DNA of 55,868 nt from an uncultured Halobacteriales archaeon (GCA_964443815.1 CAYUFG010000001.1:1-55868); one strand, 5' to 3'; numbered from the stretch's first letter, positions 19,102 through 27,748 are shown. The notes: generated by a model from the sequence alone, not told the origin. Made by a program: numbers and translations.

Positions 19102-21066
19102 CTACCCAGCGGCTCGTTCGATCCGGACCGTCCGGTCCGGCCCACGGACGAGGGTGTCCGCCGCACTTGCGTCGATGGCCACTGTCCCCCGGCGGATGGC
19201 GTCGTCGACGTGAGCGCTGGCAACGATGTGGCCGGAGTCAGAACGGACGATCACGCGGTCGCCGTCTGTGATCGACCGTGTCTCGGCGTCGGCCGGGTGG
19301 AGATGTAATCGTTCGTCGCCGCTGCCCTCCACAGCGAAGCCGCCGATGCGACTCGTCACCACCAGTTGTAGCCCCTCTCCGTCGGTAGGCCCACGCCGTG
19401 TCTCGACCGGGACGAACTCGGCGCGCCCGTCGGCGGTGTGGAACCGATCAGTGTAGAGAACGTCCGTGCTGGCCCCGTCGTCGGCCGGCCACCGGACGCC
19501 ACGTGGCTCGATGCTGACCTCGGCGTATGGTGGACAGACTTCCTGCATCTCGGCAAACGCATCCGCCGGTCGATCGAAGTCGAACGCCCCGGTGAGCTTG
19601 CGCCCGAGGGCCCGGAGTATCTCGAAATCCGGTTTCGTTCCCCTGGGGGCCTCGGCGATAGGGTGGATCGGCTGCACGAGTCGGTCGAGACTCGTGACAG
19701 TGCCATGCTTCTCCAGCCCGCCCGCGGCCGGAAGGACGACATCGGCGAAATCGGTCGTCCCGGTCGGAAACACGTCAACTACCACGAGTGCCTCGAGCGC
19801 TTCGAACTGCTCACGAATCCACGACTTCTCCCGCTTCTCCACGGCGGGGTTCTCCCCGACCGCGAGCACGCCATGCACACCGTCACCGAACGCCTCGAGC
19901 GACTCGCGCTCGTCCAACCCAGGACTCGCGGGAACGTCAGTATCCCACACCGAGCTCACAGCAGCCCGGGCCGTTTGATCCGTGACCGGTCGGTGACCCG
20001 GAAGCCGATCCGGTCGACATCCCATGTCCACCGCCCCCTGTTCGTTGTTCAGGCCCCGGAAGACGTTGAATCCGGTCCCGGGTCGGCCGACGTTTCCCGT
20101 CGCGAGCAGGAGATTCAGCAACGCGTCGGCCGTTCCGGTCCCGCCGTTTGGCTCCTCGATGCCGGTGCCGCCGACGACCGCAATGCGATCGGCACGTTCC
20201 AAACAGTCGACAGCCGACTCGACGGCCGACGCTGGGACGTCCGCTTCGGCCAAGAGCCGCTCCCGATCGAGGGATTCGAGTCTCTCGGCGAATCGAGGGA
20301 AGCCGTTGGTCCGTGTGGCTACGAACTCCCGATCGATCGCCTCGCGATCGAGTAGTTTGGCAGTCAGTAGGGTAACCACTGCCGCGTCCGACCCCGGGCG
20401 GGACGCGATGTGCTGGGTGGCGAGACGGGTGGTGTCGGTCTGCCGCGGGTCGACGTGGATCAGCGCCGTGTCGTCGTTGATCGCCGGCCGGATGTGGGAG
20501 TCGAACGCGATGGGTTGCTGGACGGCCGGATTCGCTCCGATGATCAGTATCGCGTCGGCTGCGCCGAGGTCAGTTAGCGAGTTCGTCATGGCCGGCCGGC
20601 CGAGACGCTTCGCCACCGCCGTCATCGACGAGCGGTGACAGCTCCTGGCGCGGTTGTCGACGTTGTTGGTTCCGAGGGTTCGCGCGAGTTTCTGAAGGAG
20701 GTAGTTCTCCTCGTTGGTACACCGCGGGGCTCCAAAGAAGGCCAATCCATCCGCACCGTGGGTGGCCCTGACCGCGTCGAGTTGCCGAGCGGCTCGGTCG
20801 AGAGCGGCCTCCCAGGACGTCTCGGTGAGTTCGCCGTTGCGACGAACCATGGGACTCGTCAGTCGATCGGCCGAATCGAACGCCGACGCCGCACGGATTC
20901 CCTTGGAACAGAGCCGGCCATCCGGATTCGCCCGACCCGGCACGCCGCGAACGCGCGTCGCGTCGTTCTGGGTAGAACTGAGCCGACAGCCGACCGAGCA
21001 GAACGGGCATACGGTCGACGAGCCCTCGTCTTCACTCATGGCGGGGTCAGTCCGCTCTTCGGTCAC
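19102..21066 (-). CDS. Molybdopterin (bis-MGD) oxidoreductase, formate-dehydrogenase-like, second catalytic subunit of the operon
   Basis: 654 aa. It has an N-terminal [4Fe-4S] motif (CPFCSVGC...C in RLCSKG), ENYLLQKLARTLGTNNVDNRARSCHRSS with a Cys-His dyad (Cys codon 20638-20640, minus strand), and a C-terminal MGD-binding beta-barrel (GDRVIVRSDSGHIVASAHVDD). There is no RR (Tat) leader. Its start overlaps the DUF1641 gene by 20 nt. Confidence 0.85.
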   Translation of the reverse strand: MTEERTDPAMSEDEGSSTVCPFCSVGCRLSSTQNDATRVRGVPGRANPDGRLCSKGIRAASAFDSADRLTSPMVRRNGELTETSWEAALDRAARQLDAVRATHGADGLAFFGAPRCTNEENYLLQKLARTLGTNNVDNRARSCHRSSMTAVAKRLGRPAMTNSLTDLGAADAILIIGANPAVQQPIAFDSHIRPAINDDTALIHVDPRQTDTTRLATQHIASRPGSDAAVVTLLTAKLLDREAIDREFVATRTNGFPRFAERLESLDRERLLAEADVPASAVESAVDCLERADRIAVVGGTGIEEPNGGTGTADALLNLLLATGNVGRPGTGFNVFRGLNNEQGAVDMGCRPDRLPGHRPVTDQTARAAVSSVWDTDVPASPGLDERESLEAFGDGVHGVLAVGENPAVEKREKSWIREQFEALEALVVVDVFPTGTTDFADVVLPAAGGLEKHGTVTSLDRLVQPIHPIAEAPRGTKPDFEILRALGRKLTGAFDFDRPADAFAEMQEVCPPYAEVSIEPRGVRWPADDGASTDVLYTDRFHTADGRAEFVPVETRRGPTDGEGLQLVVTSRIGGFAVEGSGDERLHLHPADAETRSITDGDRVIVRSDSGHIVASAHVDDAIRRGTVAIDASAADTLVRGPDRTVRIERAAG

Positions 21067-21649
21067 GCCCGAGGGCCTTCAGGAGGGCAACTCCGTATCC
21101 CAGGCCGGCACGAACGTCCGCATTCCGGAGGGAGCGGACGAACCCGAGGAGGCCGATCGACTGTCGATCCGCCTCCGGTTGGCGTTCGACTTCACCCACG
21201 GCCGCGAAGACCCGATTCATCCCCTGGATGGTGTCGCCGTCGAGCTCCAGGTCGGCCGCCAGCTTCGTCAGCGCGATCAGTTCCTCGAGGTCCCCCGACC
21301 GCTCCAGTTCGACGAGTCGTTCGGTGATCGACGCGAGTGCGTCTCCATCCTCGCCCACCCGTTCGGCGAGCGTGGCCGTCTGCTCCGTCGTGAGGCCATC
21401 CGCGGCGTTCGTCAACGCGACGAGCGAGTCGGTCACGTACTCGACGTCCTCGTCGTCGGCACTGGCCAGCACGAGGATCGCCGTCTCGAGGACCTCCACG
21501 AGTTCGTCAGTGTGTTCGATCGCCGCTGCGTACTCGTCGCCGTATTCGGCCAGGGCTGCCCGCAGCGCGGCCTCGCCGTCACCCACGGTACTCGCCTCGC
21601 GGTTCGTGGCTCCGGTCGGAACCGTGCGGTCGGGATCAGCCACTGACAT
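21047..21649 (-). CDS. DUF1641 domain protein
   Basis: I start at ATG 21649 (MSVADPDR...), giving 200 aa, very acidic. The C-terminal IGLLGFVRSLRNADVRAGLGYGVALLKALG matches the DUF1641 signature as I remember it. It overlaps the upstream fdhA stop by 14 nt and the downstream start by 20 nt. Confidence 0.7.
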   Translation of the reverse strand: MSVADPDRTVPTGATNREASTVGDGEAALRAALAEYGDEYAAAIEHTDELVEVLETAILVLASADDEDVEYVTDSLVALTNAADGLTTEQTATLAERVGEDGDALASITERLVELERSGDLEELIALTKLAADLELDGDTIQGMNRVFAAVGEVERQPEADRQSIGLLGFVRSLRNADVRAGLGYGVALLKALGRDRRAD

Positions 21650-23906
21650 CACCCTCTGGGGCAGCCGATCCATCCCCGCCAGCGTCCGCCTCGGCCGGCG
21701 AGACGCGGACCGCCGAAACCTTGTACTCCGGTGTCGCCGCTGCATCGTCGAGCGACTCCTCGTCGGTCAGCCGGTTGACTGCCGTTTCGGCGAAGTGGAT
21801 CGGCACGAACACCGTCCCTTCGCCCACGCGGTCGGTGACCTGCGCCGGGACGACGATCTCGCCCCGCCGTGATTCGACGCGGACCGATTCGCCATCCCCG
21901 ATGCCGTACCGGTCGGCCACCGCGGGATGAATCTCGACGAAGTCCTCACCGGTGTAACCCATCACACCCGCCTCACGGTGGGTCATCGTGCCGGTGTGGT
22001 ACTGGTAGAGGACGCGACCGGTCGTCAGTGACAGCGGATACTCGTCGTCCGGTGTTTCGCGTGGTTCGCTATAGCCGACGGGTTGGAGGTGTGCGAGGCC
22101 GTCGTCGGTGTGGAACTCGTCCTCGTAGAGTCGTGTCGTCCCCGGGTGATCGAGCGAGTGACAGGGCCACTGAAGGGGTGCGTCGTCGACCACCCGTTCG
22201 TGTGAGACGCCGCCGTAGATCGGTGTCAGTTCGCGGATCTCCGCCATGATCTCGCCGGTGTCGTCGTAGTCCCAGTCGCGGCCGAGGCGACGGGCCAGCT
22301 CCGAGAGGATCACCCAGTCGGGCTTGGAGTCCCCCTTCGGCTCCATCAGCTTGTTCACCTTCTGAACGGTTCGATCGGTGTTGGTGAACGTCCCTTCCTT
22401 CTCGACGAACGAACACGCCGGTAGGACGACGTCGGCGTACTTCGTCGTCTCGGTCACGAACAGATCCTGTGCGACGAGGAAGTCCAGCTCCTCGAGGACG
22501 GATTCGGCGTGGTTGATCCCCGGCTCCGAGAGGGCCGGGTTCTCGCCGATGACGTACATCCCGCGGAGGTCACCGCGGTCCGCGGCGTGGAACATCTGTG
22601 TCGTGTAGTGACCGTATGTGGGTGAGATCTCGCAGTCCCACGCCGCCTCGAACTTCTCGCGGACCTCGTCGTCGGCGATGTCCTGGTACCCGGGAAAGTT
22701 GTCCGGGAGCGGGCCCATGTCACCCCCGCCTCCCTGCACGTTGTTCTGACCGCGGAAGGGTGAGACGCCTGCGCCGACCTCCCCGAGGTTCCCCGTGACC
22801 GCGGCGAGGTTGCCCATCGCCATCACGTTCTCGGTGCCGTGGGCGTGCTCCGTCAGACCGAGGGTCCACCCGAACACGCAGGTATCCGCGGCGGCGATGG
22901 TCTCGGCCGCTGCGGCGATTTCTTCGGCCGGCACCCCCGTGACGGCTTCGACCCGCTCGGGGGTGAACTCCGCCACGGCTTCACGCATCGCTTCGAAGCC
23001 ACGTGTCCGCTCGGCGACGAACTCCTCGTCCTGAAGGTCGTGTTCGACGATGTAGCGAACGAGGCCGTTGATCCAGACGGCGTCGTAGCCGGGTTTGATC
23101 TGGGAGTACTGCGTGGCCCACTCGGCGATCTGGACTTCGCGTGGGTCGAACACGAGCAGGTCCGCGTCGCCCTCCCGGACACGCTGTTTGATCCGGGTCG
23201 CGAGCACCGGATGGGCCTCCGTCGTATTCGAGCCCGTCAGGAGGTAGCAGTCGGTCTCCTCGAGGTCCTCGACGCTCACCGAGGCCGCCCCGAACCCGAA
23301 CATCCGGGCGAGTGCGGCGACGGTCGACGAGTGACACAGCCGGTTGCAGTTGTCGACGCTGTTTGTGCCCAGCACCTGCCTGGCGAACTTCCCCATCAGG
23401 TAGTTCTCCTCGTTGGTCGCCTTCGAGGAGGCGATGACCGACAGCGCATCGCTGCCGTGCTCTCGACTGATGGATTCGAAGCCGTCGACCACCCGTTCGT
23501 AAGCCTCCTCCCAGGTGGCCTCGCGGAACCGGCCGTCGTCGTCACGGACGAGCGGCGAGGTCAGCCTGTCGTCGTGATCCACGAAGTTGTAACTGAACTT
23601 GCCTTTCACGCACGTCGAGATGCCGTTGACCGGTGCGTTTCCCGCGTCGGCCGGTCTGGCCCCGAGTATCTCGGTCCCGTCGGAGACGAGTTCGAACCGA
23701 CAGCCGACGGCACAGTAGCCACACGTCGTCTCCGCGAGTGTGAGGTCGTCGATGCGCTTCTCCCCGATCGTCGTCGCGATGTCGAACAGCTTCCCCTCCG
23801 ACATCGTCCCCGCCGCAGCCCCCTCCAGAACCGACTCGACGTTTCGCAGCGCCTGGTCTTTCGCCTGCTGCATGTAGCCCGCGACACCCTCCGGCTCGTG
23901 GCTCAT
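21636..23906 (-). CDS. fdhA: Formate dehydrogenase alpha-type molybdopterin catalytic subunit (Cys type)
   Basis: 756 aa. Motifs are TCGYCAVGCRFE...C (STCVKG) for the [4Fe-4S] cluster, ENYLMGKFARQVLGTNSVDNCNRLCHSSTV (Cys codon TGT at 23334-23336, not TGA), FRGQNNVQG, and a C-terminal MGD-binding domain (GESVRVESRRGEIVVPAQV). There is no Tat motif. It has an ATGA start/stop overlap with the upstream Fe-S gene. Confidence 0.9.
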   Translation of the reverse strand: MSHEPEGVAGYMQQAKDQALRNVESVLEGAAAGTMSEGKLFDIATTIGEKRIDDLTLAETTCGYCAVGCRFELVSDGTEILGARPADAGNAPVNGISTCVKGKFSYNFVDHDDRLTSPLVRDDDGRFREATWEEAYERVVDGFESISREHGSDALSVIASSKATNEENYLMGKFARQVLGTNSVDNCNRLCHSSTVAALARMFGFGAASVSVEDLEETDCYLLTGSNTTEAHPVLATRIKQRVREGDADLLVFDPREVQIAEWATQYSQIKPGYDAVWINGLVRYIVEHDLQDEEFVAERTRGFEAMREAVAEFTPERVEAVTGVPAEEIAAAAETIAAADTCVFGWTLGLTEHAHGTENVMAMGNLAAVTGNLGEVGAGVSPFRGQNNVQGGGGDMGPLPDNFPGYQDIADDEVREKFEAAWDCEISPTYGHYTTQMFHAADRGDLRGMYVIGENPALSEPGINHAESVLEELDFLVAQDLFVTETTKYADVVLPACSFVEKEGTFTNTDRTVQKVNKLMEPKGDSKPDWVILSELARRLGRDWDYDDTGEIMAEIRELTPIYGGVSHERVVDDAPLQWPCHSLDHPGTTRLYEDEFHTDDGLAHLQPVGYSEPRETPDDEYPLSLTTGRVLYQYHTGTMTHREAGVMGYTGEDFVEIHPAVADRYGIGDGESVRVESRRGEIVVPAQVTDRVGEGTVFVPIHFAETAVNRLTDEESLDDAAATPEYKVSAVRVSPAEADAGGDGSAAPEGDVSG

Positions 23907-24829
23907 GGCCAGTCACGCTCCGGGTCGTCGGAGCCACGGTCCGGCTGTGGCCGCTCGTCGGCATCGTCTCGTTTCTTGGGCGTCATCGGACCCTTGGGGG
24001 AGTCGCCGGACTCGACCGTCGCCCCAACACTGTTCGTCTGTGTGAAACCCGGGAGCGGGATGGTCGTCGCGTCGACGAGGCCGGTCTCGACCATCGCGCC
24101 GGTCGGACACACTGTCACGCAGTGCCCACAGGAGACACAGGTCGACCCCTCCATCGTTTCCGCGTCGCTCTGGAACCCGATCCGCGTGTCCCGGCCCTCG
24201 CCCTCCATCCGCAACACCCCCTCGACCTGCACGTCGTTACAGGCCTCCACGCACCGGTTACAGAGGATGCACTTGTTCCGGTCGATCTGGATGAATGCGG
24301 AGGTATCGTCGATCGGTTCGTACTCCTCTTTCCTGTCGAACACGCCGAAGCGTGGCTCCTCGACTTCCGCATCGATCGCCGCGTCCTGGAGCTCGCACCG
24401 CCCGTTCTTGCCACAGGTCGTACAGCGCAAGTTGTGGTCGGAGAGGACGAGATCGAGATTGACGTCTCGCGCCTCGGATGCGTCAGGGTCGTCGGTGCGA
24501 ACGACCGCGCCGTCGGTCGCGGGGTAGCTGCAGGCCGGGACCACCCCCGCTGTCTCCGTCCGCACCATACAGGTCCGACACTCGCTCCGTGGGCCGATTC
24601 GATCCTCTGCCGCGTGGTCGTAGTGACACAACGCGGGCACGTCCGCGGCCGTGTCGACCGCCTCGATCGCGTCCAGGATCGTCGAACCGGTGGGCACCTG
24701 GACGTCCTGGCCATCGACCGTGACGGTGGCCGGTGCGTCCGAGCCGACAGCCGGATCGGTCGCCGTCCCGGGTGTGATGGTCTCGGTCAGTGGTGGAACG
24801 TCGTCGGGCCGCCCGGGATCCGAGCTCAT
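23903..24829 (-). CDS. NuoG N-terminal-like Fe-S subunit ([2Fe-2S] + His/Cys3 [4Fe-4S] + 2x[4Fe-4S] ferredoxin), the split-off N-terminal module of NAD-type FdhA
   Basis: 308 aa. The cluster motifs are PALCHYDH...SECRTCMV...PACSYP (2Fe-2S), DHNLRCTTCGKNGRCELQ (HxxxCxxCxxxxxC), CILCNRCVEACNDV and CVSCGHCVTVCPTGA. The C-terminal tail of about 50 aa is low-complexity and acidic. Confidence 0.9.
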   Translation of the reverse strand: MSSDPGRPDDVPPLTETITPGTATDPAVGSDAPATVTVDGQDVQVPTGSTILDAIEAVDTAADVPALCHYDHAAEDRIGPRSECRTCMVRTETAGVVPACSYPATDGAVVRTDDPDASEARDVNLDLVLSDHNLRCTTCGKNGRCELQDAAIDAEVEEPRFGVFDRKEEYEPIDDTSAFIQIDRNKCILCNRCVEACNDVQVEGVLRMEGEGRDTRIGFQSDAETMEGSTCVSCGHCVTVCPTGAMVETGLVDATTIPLPGFTQTNSVGATVESGDSPKGPMTPKKRDDADERPQPDRGSDDPERDWP

Positions 24830-24869
24830 GGGCGACCTCCGGGGACGGTCCAGCCGAGAGGGACTGGAC

Positions 24870-26351
24870 TCATCCAGTCACCCCCGACGATTGGTCGCAA
24901 ACGCCCGCCGGACAGCGACCTGCCGCGTGGGCGTGGAACTCGTCCGCGAACCGCTCCAGCGCCGTCCGGGCCGGGCGTGGCACGTCGCGGCCGAACTGGC
25001 AGATACTCGATCGCTCCATAACCCGCGCGAGTTCGTCGATCTGATCGGCGGGGACCGTCCCGTCGTAGACACCGCGGAGCAGTTCGGCGAGTTGGGTCGA
25101 CCCTTCCCGACACGGCACACAGCGACCGCAGTTCGTCTCAGACGCCCACTGCGTTCGCTTCCCAGCGAAGGCGACGACACACCGATCCGTGGTGAGCACC
25201 TCCATGGTTGCCTCCGTCCCGAGCCCGGCCGACTGGAGGGTATCCACCCCGATGGCTGTGTCGAGGGCGGCCGTGAGTCCGCCGAAGCGTCCACCGACGC
25301 AAACTGCCTTGACTTCGCCCTCGACGGGCGTCACCTCGAGAGCGGTCTCGATCGGCTCGGTCGGTGGAAGCTCGATGATTGCCTCCGCGGCGACGTCGCC
25401 CGTCACGTTCAGCACCCGTGTGTCACCTGCTCGATCTCGGCCGCTAGCGGCGATGGCTGCCAGTGTCCGCGGGGTGTGAACCAGCGTTGGCCGCCCATCG
25501 ATCCCGGTCGACGCGGGCCCGGGCGGTCTGAGCCGTGCTTCGAGGCGGTCCGCACCCTCGATCGATTCGACGGCCATGGTCGGTTCGGCGGCCCGGTAGC
25601 GATCCGGCCCCGATTCGATCCTGACGTCGAGTTCACCGGGGAACGCATCGACCGCGTCGGCCAGGCGCTCGCGCACACGCTCGGCGCTCGCGGCGGTGTA
25701 CACGATCACCTCTGTGGAATCGATGGCCGACGCGGCCACCGCCGCTCCGTCGAGAATCGCGAACGGATCGCTCGAGACCAGAAGTTCGTCACAGGCACTC
25801 CCGTGGGCGTTCACGACGACCACGCCGGCGCCGGCCGCGTCCCTCGCCTCTCGCCAGTACGGTGCGAGGGGTTCCCCCGACGCGAGATCACCCCAGCCGC
25901 GTCCCTGCTGGGCATCCGCGAGGGTGAGAGCTGACTCCACGTTGACGGCTGAACTCACGAACCCACCCGCAGCACGGTAGTCGGCGGCGGCGTCGGGCCG
26001 CCGCCATCCACAACCCGAGAGAAGCCGTCGGTGGCCGACGCCAAGCGGCCCGCTGTTCGGAGCCGGAAGACCGATGGGAGTTGTGTCGTCGCTGACGGCA
26101 TCAGCCGCTGGAAGCTCACCGGTTTCGAGCCCCGATGCGATACCGTCGATTCGGTCGGCGGCGCAGTTGTGGTAGTAGACCGTTCGATCGTCGTGGGTCG
26201 CAATCACCAGCGGCTCGATGGCCGTGAGACCCGTCGACCCCACCGAAAGGACGGCTGCCGACGTCGCCGATCGTGCAGTTGAAGCCAGGTCAGGTGTCTC
26301 CCGTGCCGATGCGATCCGGAGTACCGGCGAGTCGGTCGCCGGCTCAGTCAT
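24870..26351 (-). CDS. FdsB/NuoF-like subunit with a conserved [4Fe-4S] motif but divergent FMN/NADH motifs
   Basis: 493 aa. ETNCGRCVPCREGSTQ...SSICQFG matches the NuoF N3 cluster motif. GPDRYRAAEPTMAVESIEGADRLEARLRPPGPA...PTLVHTPRT aligns to GAGAYICGEETALLESLEG...KPPFPA...PT.VNNVET. GRGWGDL replaces GRGGAGF, and NAHGSACD replaces NADEGEPG. Confidence 0.8.
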   Translation of the reverse strand: MTEPATDSPVLRIASARETPDLASTARSATSAAVLSVGSTGLTAIEPLVIATHDDRTVYYHNCAADRIDGIASGLETGELPAADAVSDDTTPIGLPAPNSGPLGVGHRRLLSGCGWRRPDAAADYRAAGGFVSSAVNVESALTLADAQQGRGWGDLASGEPLAPYWREARDAAGAGVVVVNAHGSACDELLVSSDPFAILDGAAVAASAIDSTEVIVYTAASAERVRERLADAVDAFPGELDVRIESGPDRYRAAEPTMAVESIEGADRLEARLRPPGPASTGIDGRPTLVHTPRTLAAIAASGRDRAGDTRVLNVTGDVAAEAIIELPPTEPIETALEVTPVEGEVKAVCVGGRFGGLTAALDTAIGVDTLQSAGLGTEATMEVLTTDRCVVAFAGKRTQWASETNCGRCVPCREGSTQLAELLRGVYDGTVPADQIDELARVMERSSICQFGRDVPRPARTALERFADEFHAHAAGRCPAGVCDQSSGVTG

Positions 26352-26521
26352 CGAGGTCTCCCCTGCATGTAATTGTCAACCGTGCACCCCCGCGGGCCAA
26401 AATAGTTTGGACGATGCTGCATCGACTCGTTGCCCCCGACGGTGGCTGGAAGCGGTTGACCCCGTCTCCCGTTCGGGGCTACCGGGAGCAGCCTTTTGCC
26501 GGTCCACCTCCAGGACTGGCC

Positions 26522-27724
26522 ATGACCCACGGGGACGAATCGGGGGCCGGTTCGACCGTCGACCTCGCCACGGCTCGGGACCGCTGGCTTCGACTCGTCT
26601 CCGAACACAGCCGTGTGGAGCGGGTGCCGGTCGAACGCGCAGCCGGACGCGCCCTTGTCGAGCCGATCGTCGCCGAGCGAGCGGTTCCACACTACGAGCG
26701 GGCCGCCATGGACGGCGTCGCCGTACGCGCAGGGGCGGTGGCCGAGGCCGATCTACCGGTCGAACTCGAGGTGACGACCGGGGGCGTTTTCCACGAGCAG
26801 GCGGTGCGGGTGAACACCGGTGATCCGATACCGGACGGTGCAGACGCGGTGGTGCGAGTGGAGCGGACACGACAGCGCGATGGACGGGTCGCGATCGAGA
26901 CGCCGACCGCCGTCGGTGCGAACGTCGCTCCGGTCGGCGAGGACGTCGAGAGCGGCGAGCAGCTCTACGAGGCCGGTAGCCGCCTCGATGCCGCGGATCT
27001 GAGCCTCCTCCAGGCGACGGGACATCACACGATCAGGGTCCTGGAGCCGCCGACCGTGAGCGTCATCCCGACGGGCGAGGAGCTCGTACCGCCGCGGGCT
27101 GAGCCGGGAGCCGGCGAGACGCCGGAGACCAACGGCCTGGCTGTCAGGACGCTCGTCGAGCGCTGGGGTGGGACCGCCAGCCACCACACCGCGATCAGCG
27201 ACGACCGGGCGCGACTCGTCGGGGCACTCGAGGCCGACCTCGACCACGACATACTCGTCACGATCGGTGGGAGTTCGGCCGGCGAGCGCGATATCGTGCC
27301 CGACGTCGTCCAGGATCGTGGCTCGCTGGCCAGCCACGGCATCGCGATCAAGCCGGGCCACCCCGCTGGATTCGGTCGTGTCGGTGAGACGCCCGTGCTG
27401 ATGCTACCCGGCTATCCGGTCTCGACCATCGTCGTCGCCGTTCAACTGCTCCGACCCGCGATCGCTTCGAGCGGCGGTTTCGAGCCGGACCCACTCCCGA
27501 CCACAACGTCTGTGCTCGAGCAGGCGATCGATGGCGCGGGCGACAGACGGCGCTTCGTTCGCGTCGCCCTCGACGGCGATGCGGTTACCCGCATCGACAG
27601 CGCCGGGGCGGGCGTGCTCTCGAGCGTCACGACGGCCGATGGATGGGTTGTCGTCCCCGAGGAGCGCGACCGTCTCGAGGCGGGGGAGACCGTCGACGTC
27701 GAGCACTGGCTCTGGCACGCCTAG
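26522..27724 (+). CDS. moeA: Molybdopterin molybdotransferase MoeA
   Basis: I start at ATG 26522, giving 400 aa. Motifs are ERAAMDGVAVR (the SxMDGYAV-type motif), VLEPPTVSVIPTGEELV, ILVTIGGSSAGERD and IAIKPGHP. This is the typical MoeA domain order. Confidence 0.85.
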   Translation: MTHGDESGAGSTVDLATARDRWLRLVSEHSRVERVPVERAAGRALVEPIVAERAVPHYERAAMDGVAVRAGAVAEADLPVELEVTTGGVFHEQAVRVNTGDPIPDGADAVVRVERTRQRDGRVAIETPTAVGANVAPVGEDVESGEQLYEAGSRLDAADLSLLQATGHHTIRVLEPPTVSVIPTGEELVPPRAEPGAGETPETNGLAVRTLVERWGGTASHHTAISDDRARLVGALEADLDHDILVTIGGSSAGERDIVPDVVQDRGSLASHGIAIKPGHPAGFGRVGETPVLMLPGYPVSTIVVAVQLLRPAIASSGGFEPDPLPTTTSVLEQAIDGAGDRRRFVRVALDGDAVTRIDSAGAGVLSSVTTADGWVVVPEERDRLEAGETVDVEHWLWHA

Positions 27725-27748
27725 CTCTTCACGTCAGCGCCGCCGGAG

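Noticed and set aside
19102-21066. The second molybdoenzyme as an assimilatory nitrate reductase (NasA).
   Set aside because: The active-site stretch is S-C-H-R-S-S (a Cys-His dyad as in formate dehydrogenases), not the R-x-C-M-x-S pattern I associate with Nas/Nap. No nitrite reductase or nitrate transporter signature is recognisable nearby. This rejection is tentative because it rests on remembered motifs.
20638-23336. Possible selenocysteine (in-frame TGA) at the FDH active sites.
   Set aside because: Both active-site codons are TGT (plus-strand ACA at 23334-23336 and 20638-20640). Both reading frames are uninterrupted, so these are Cys-type enzymes.
21636-24829. Periplasmic (Tat-exported) respiratory formate dehydrogenase or nitrate reductase complex.
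   Set aside because: Neither catalytic subunit has an RRxFLK-type leader, and no membrane cytochrome b or anchor subunit gene is present. The associated subunits are of the soluble NuoF/NuoG type.
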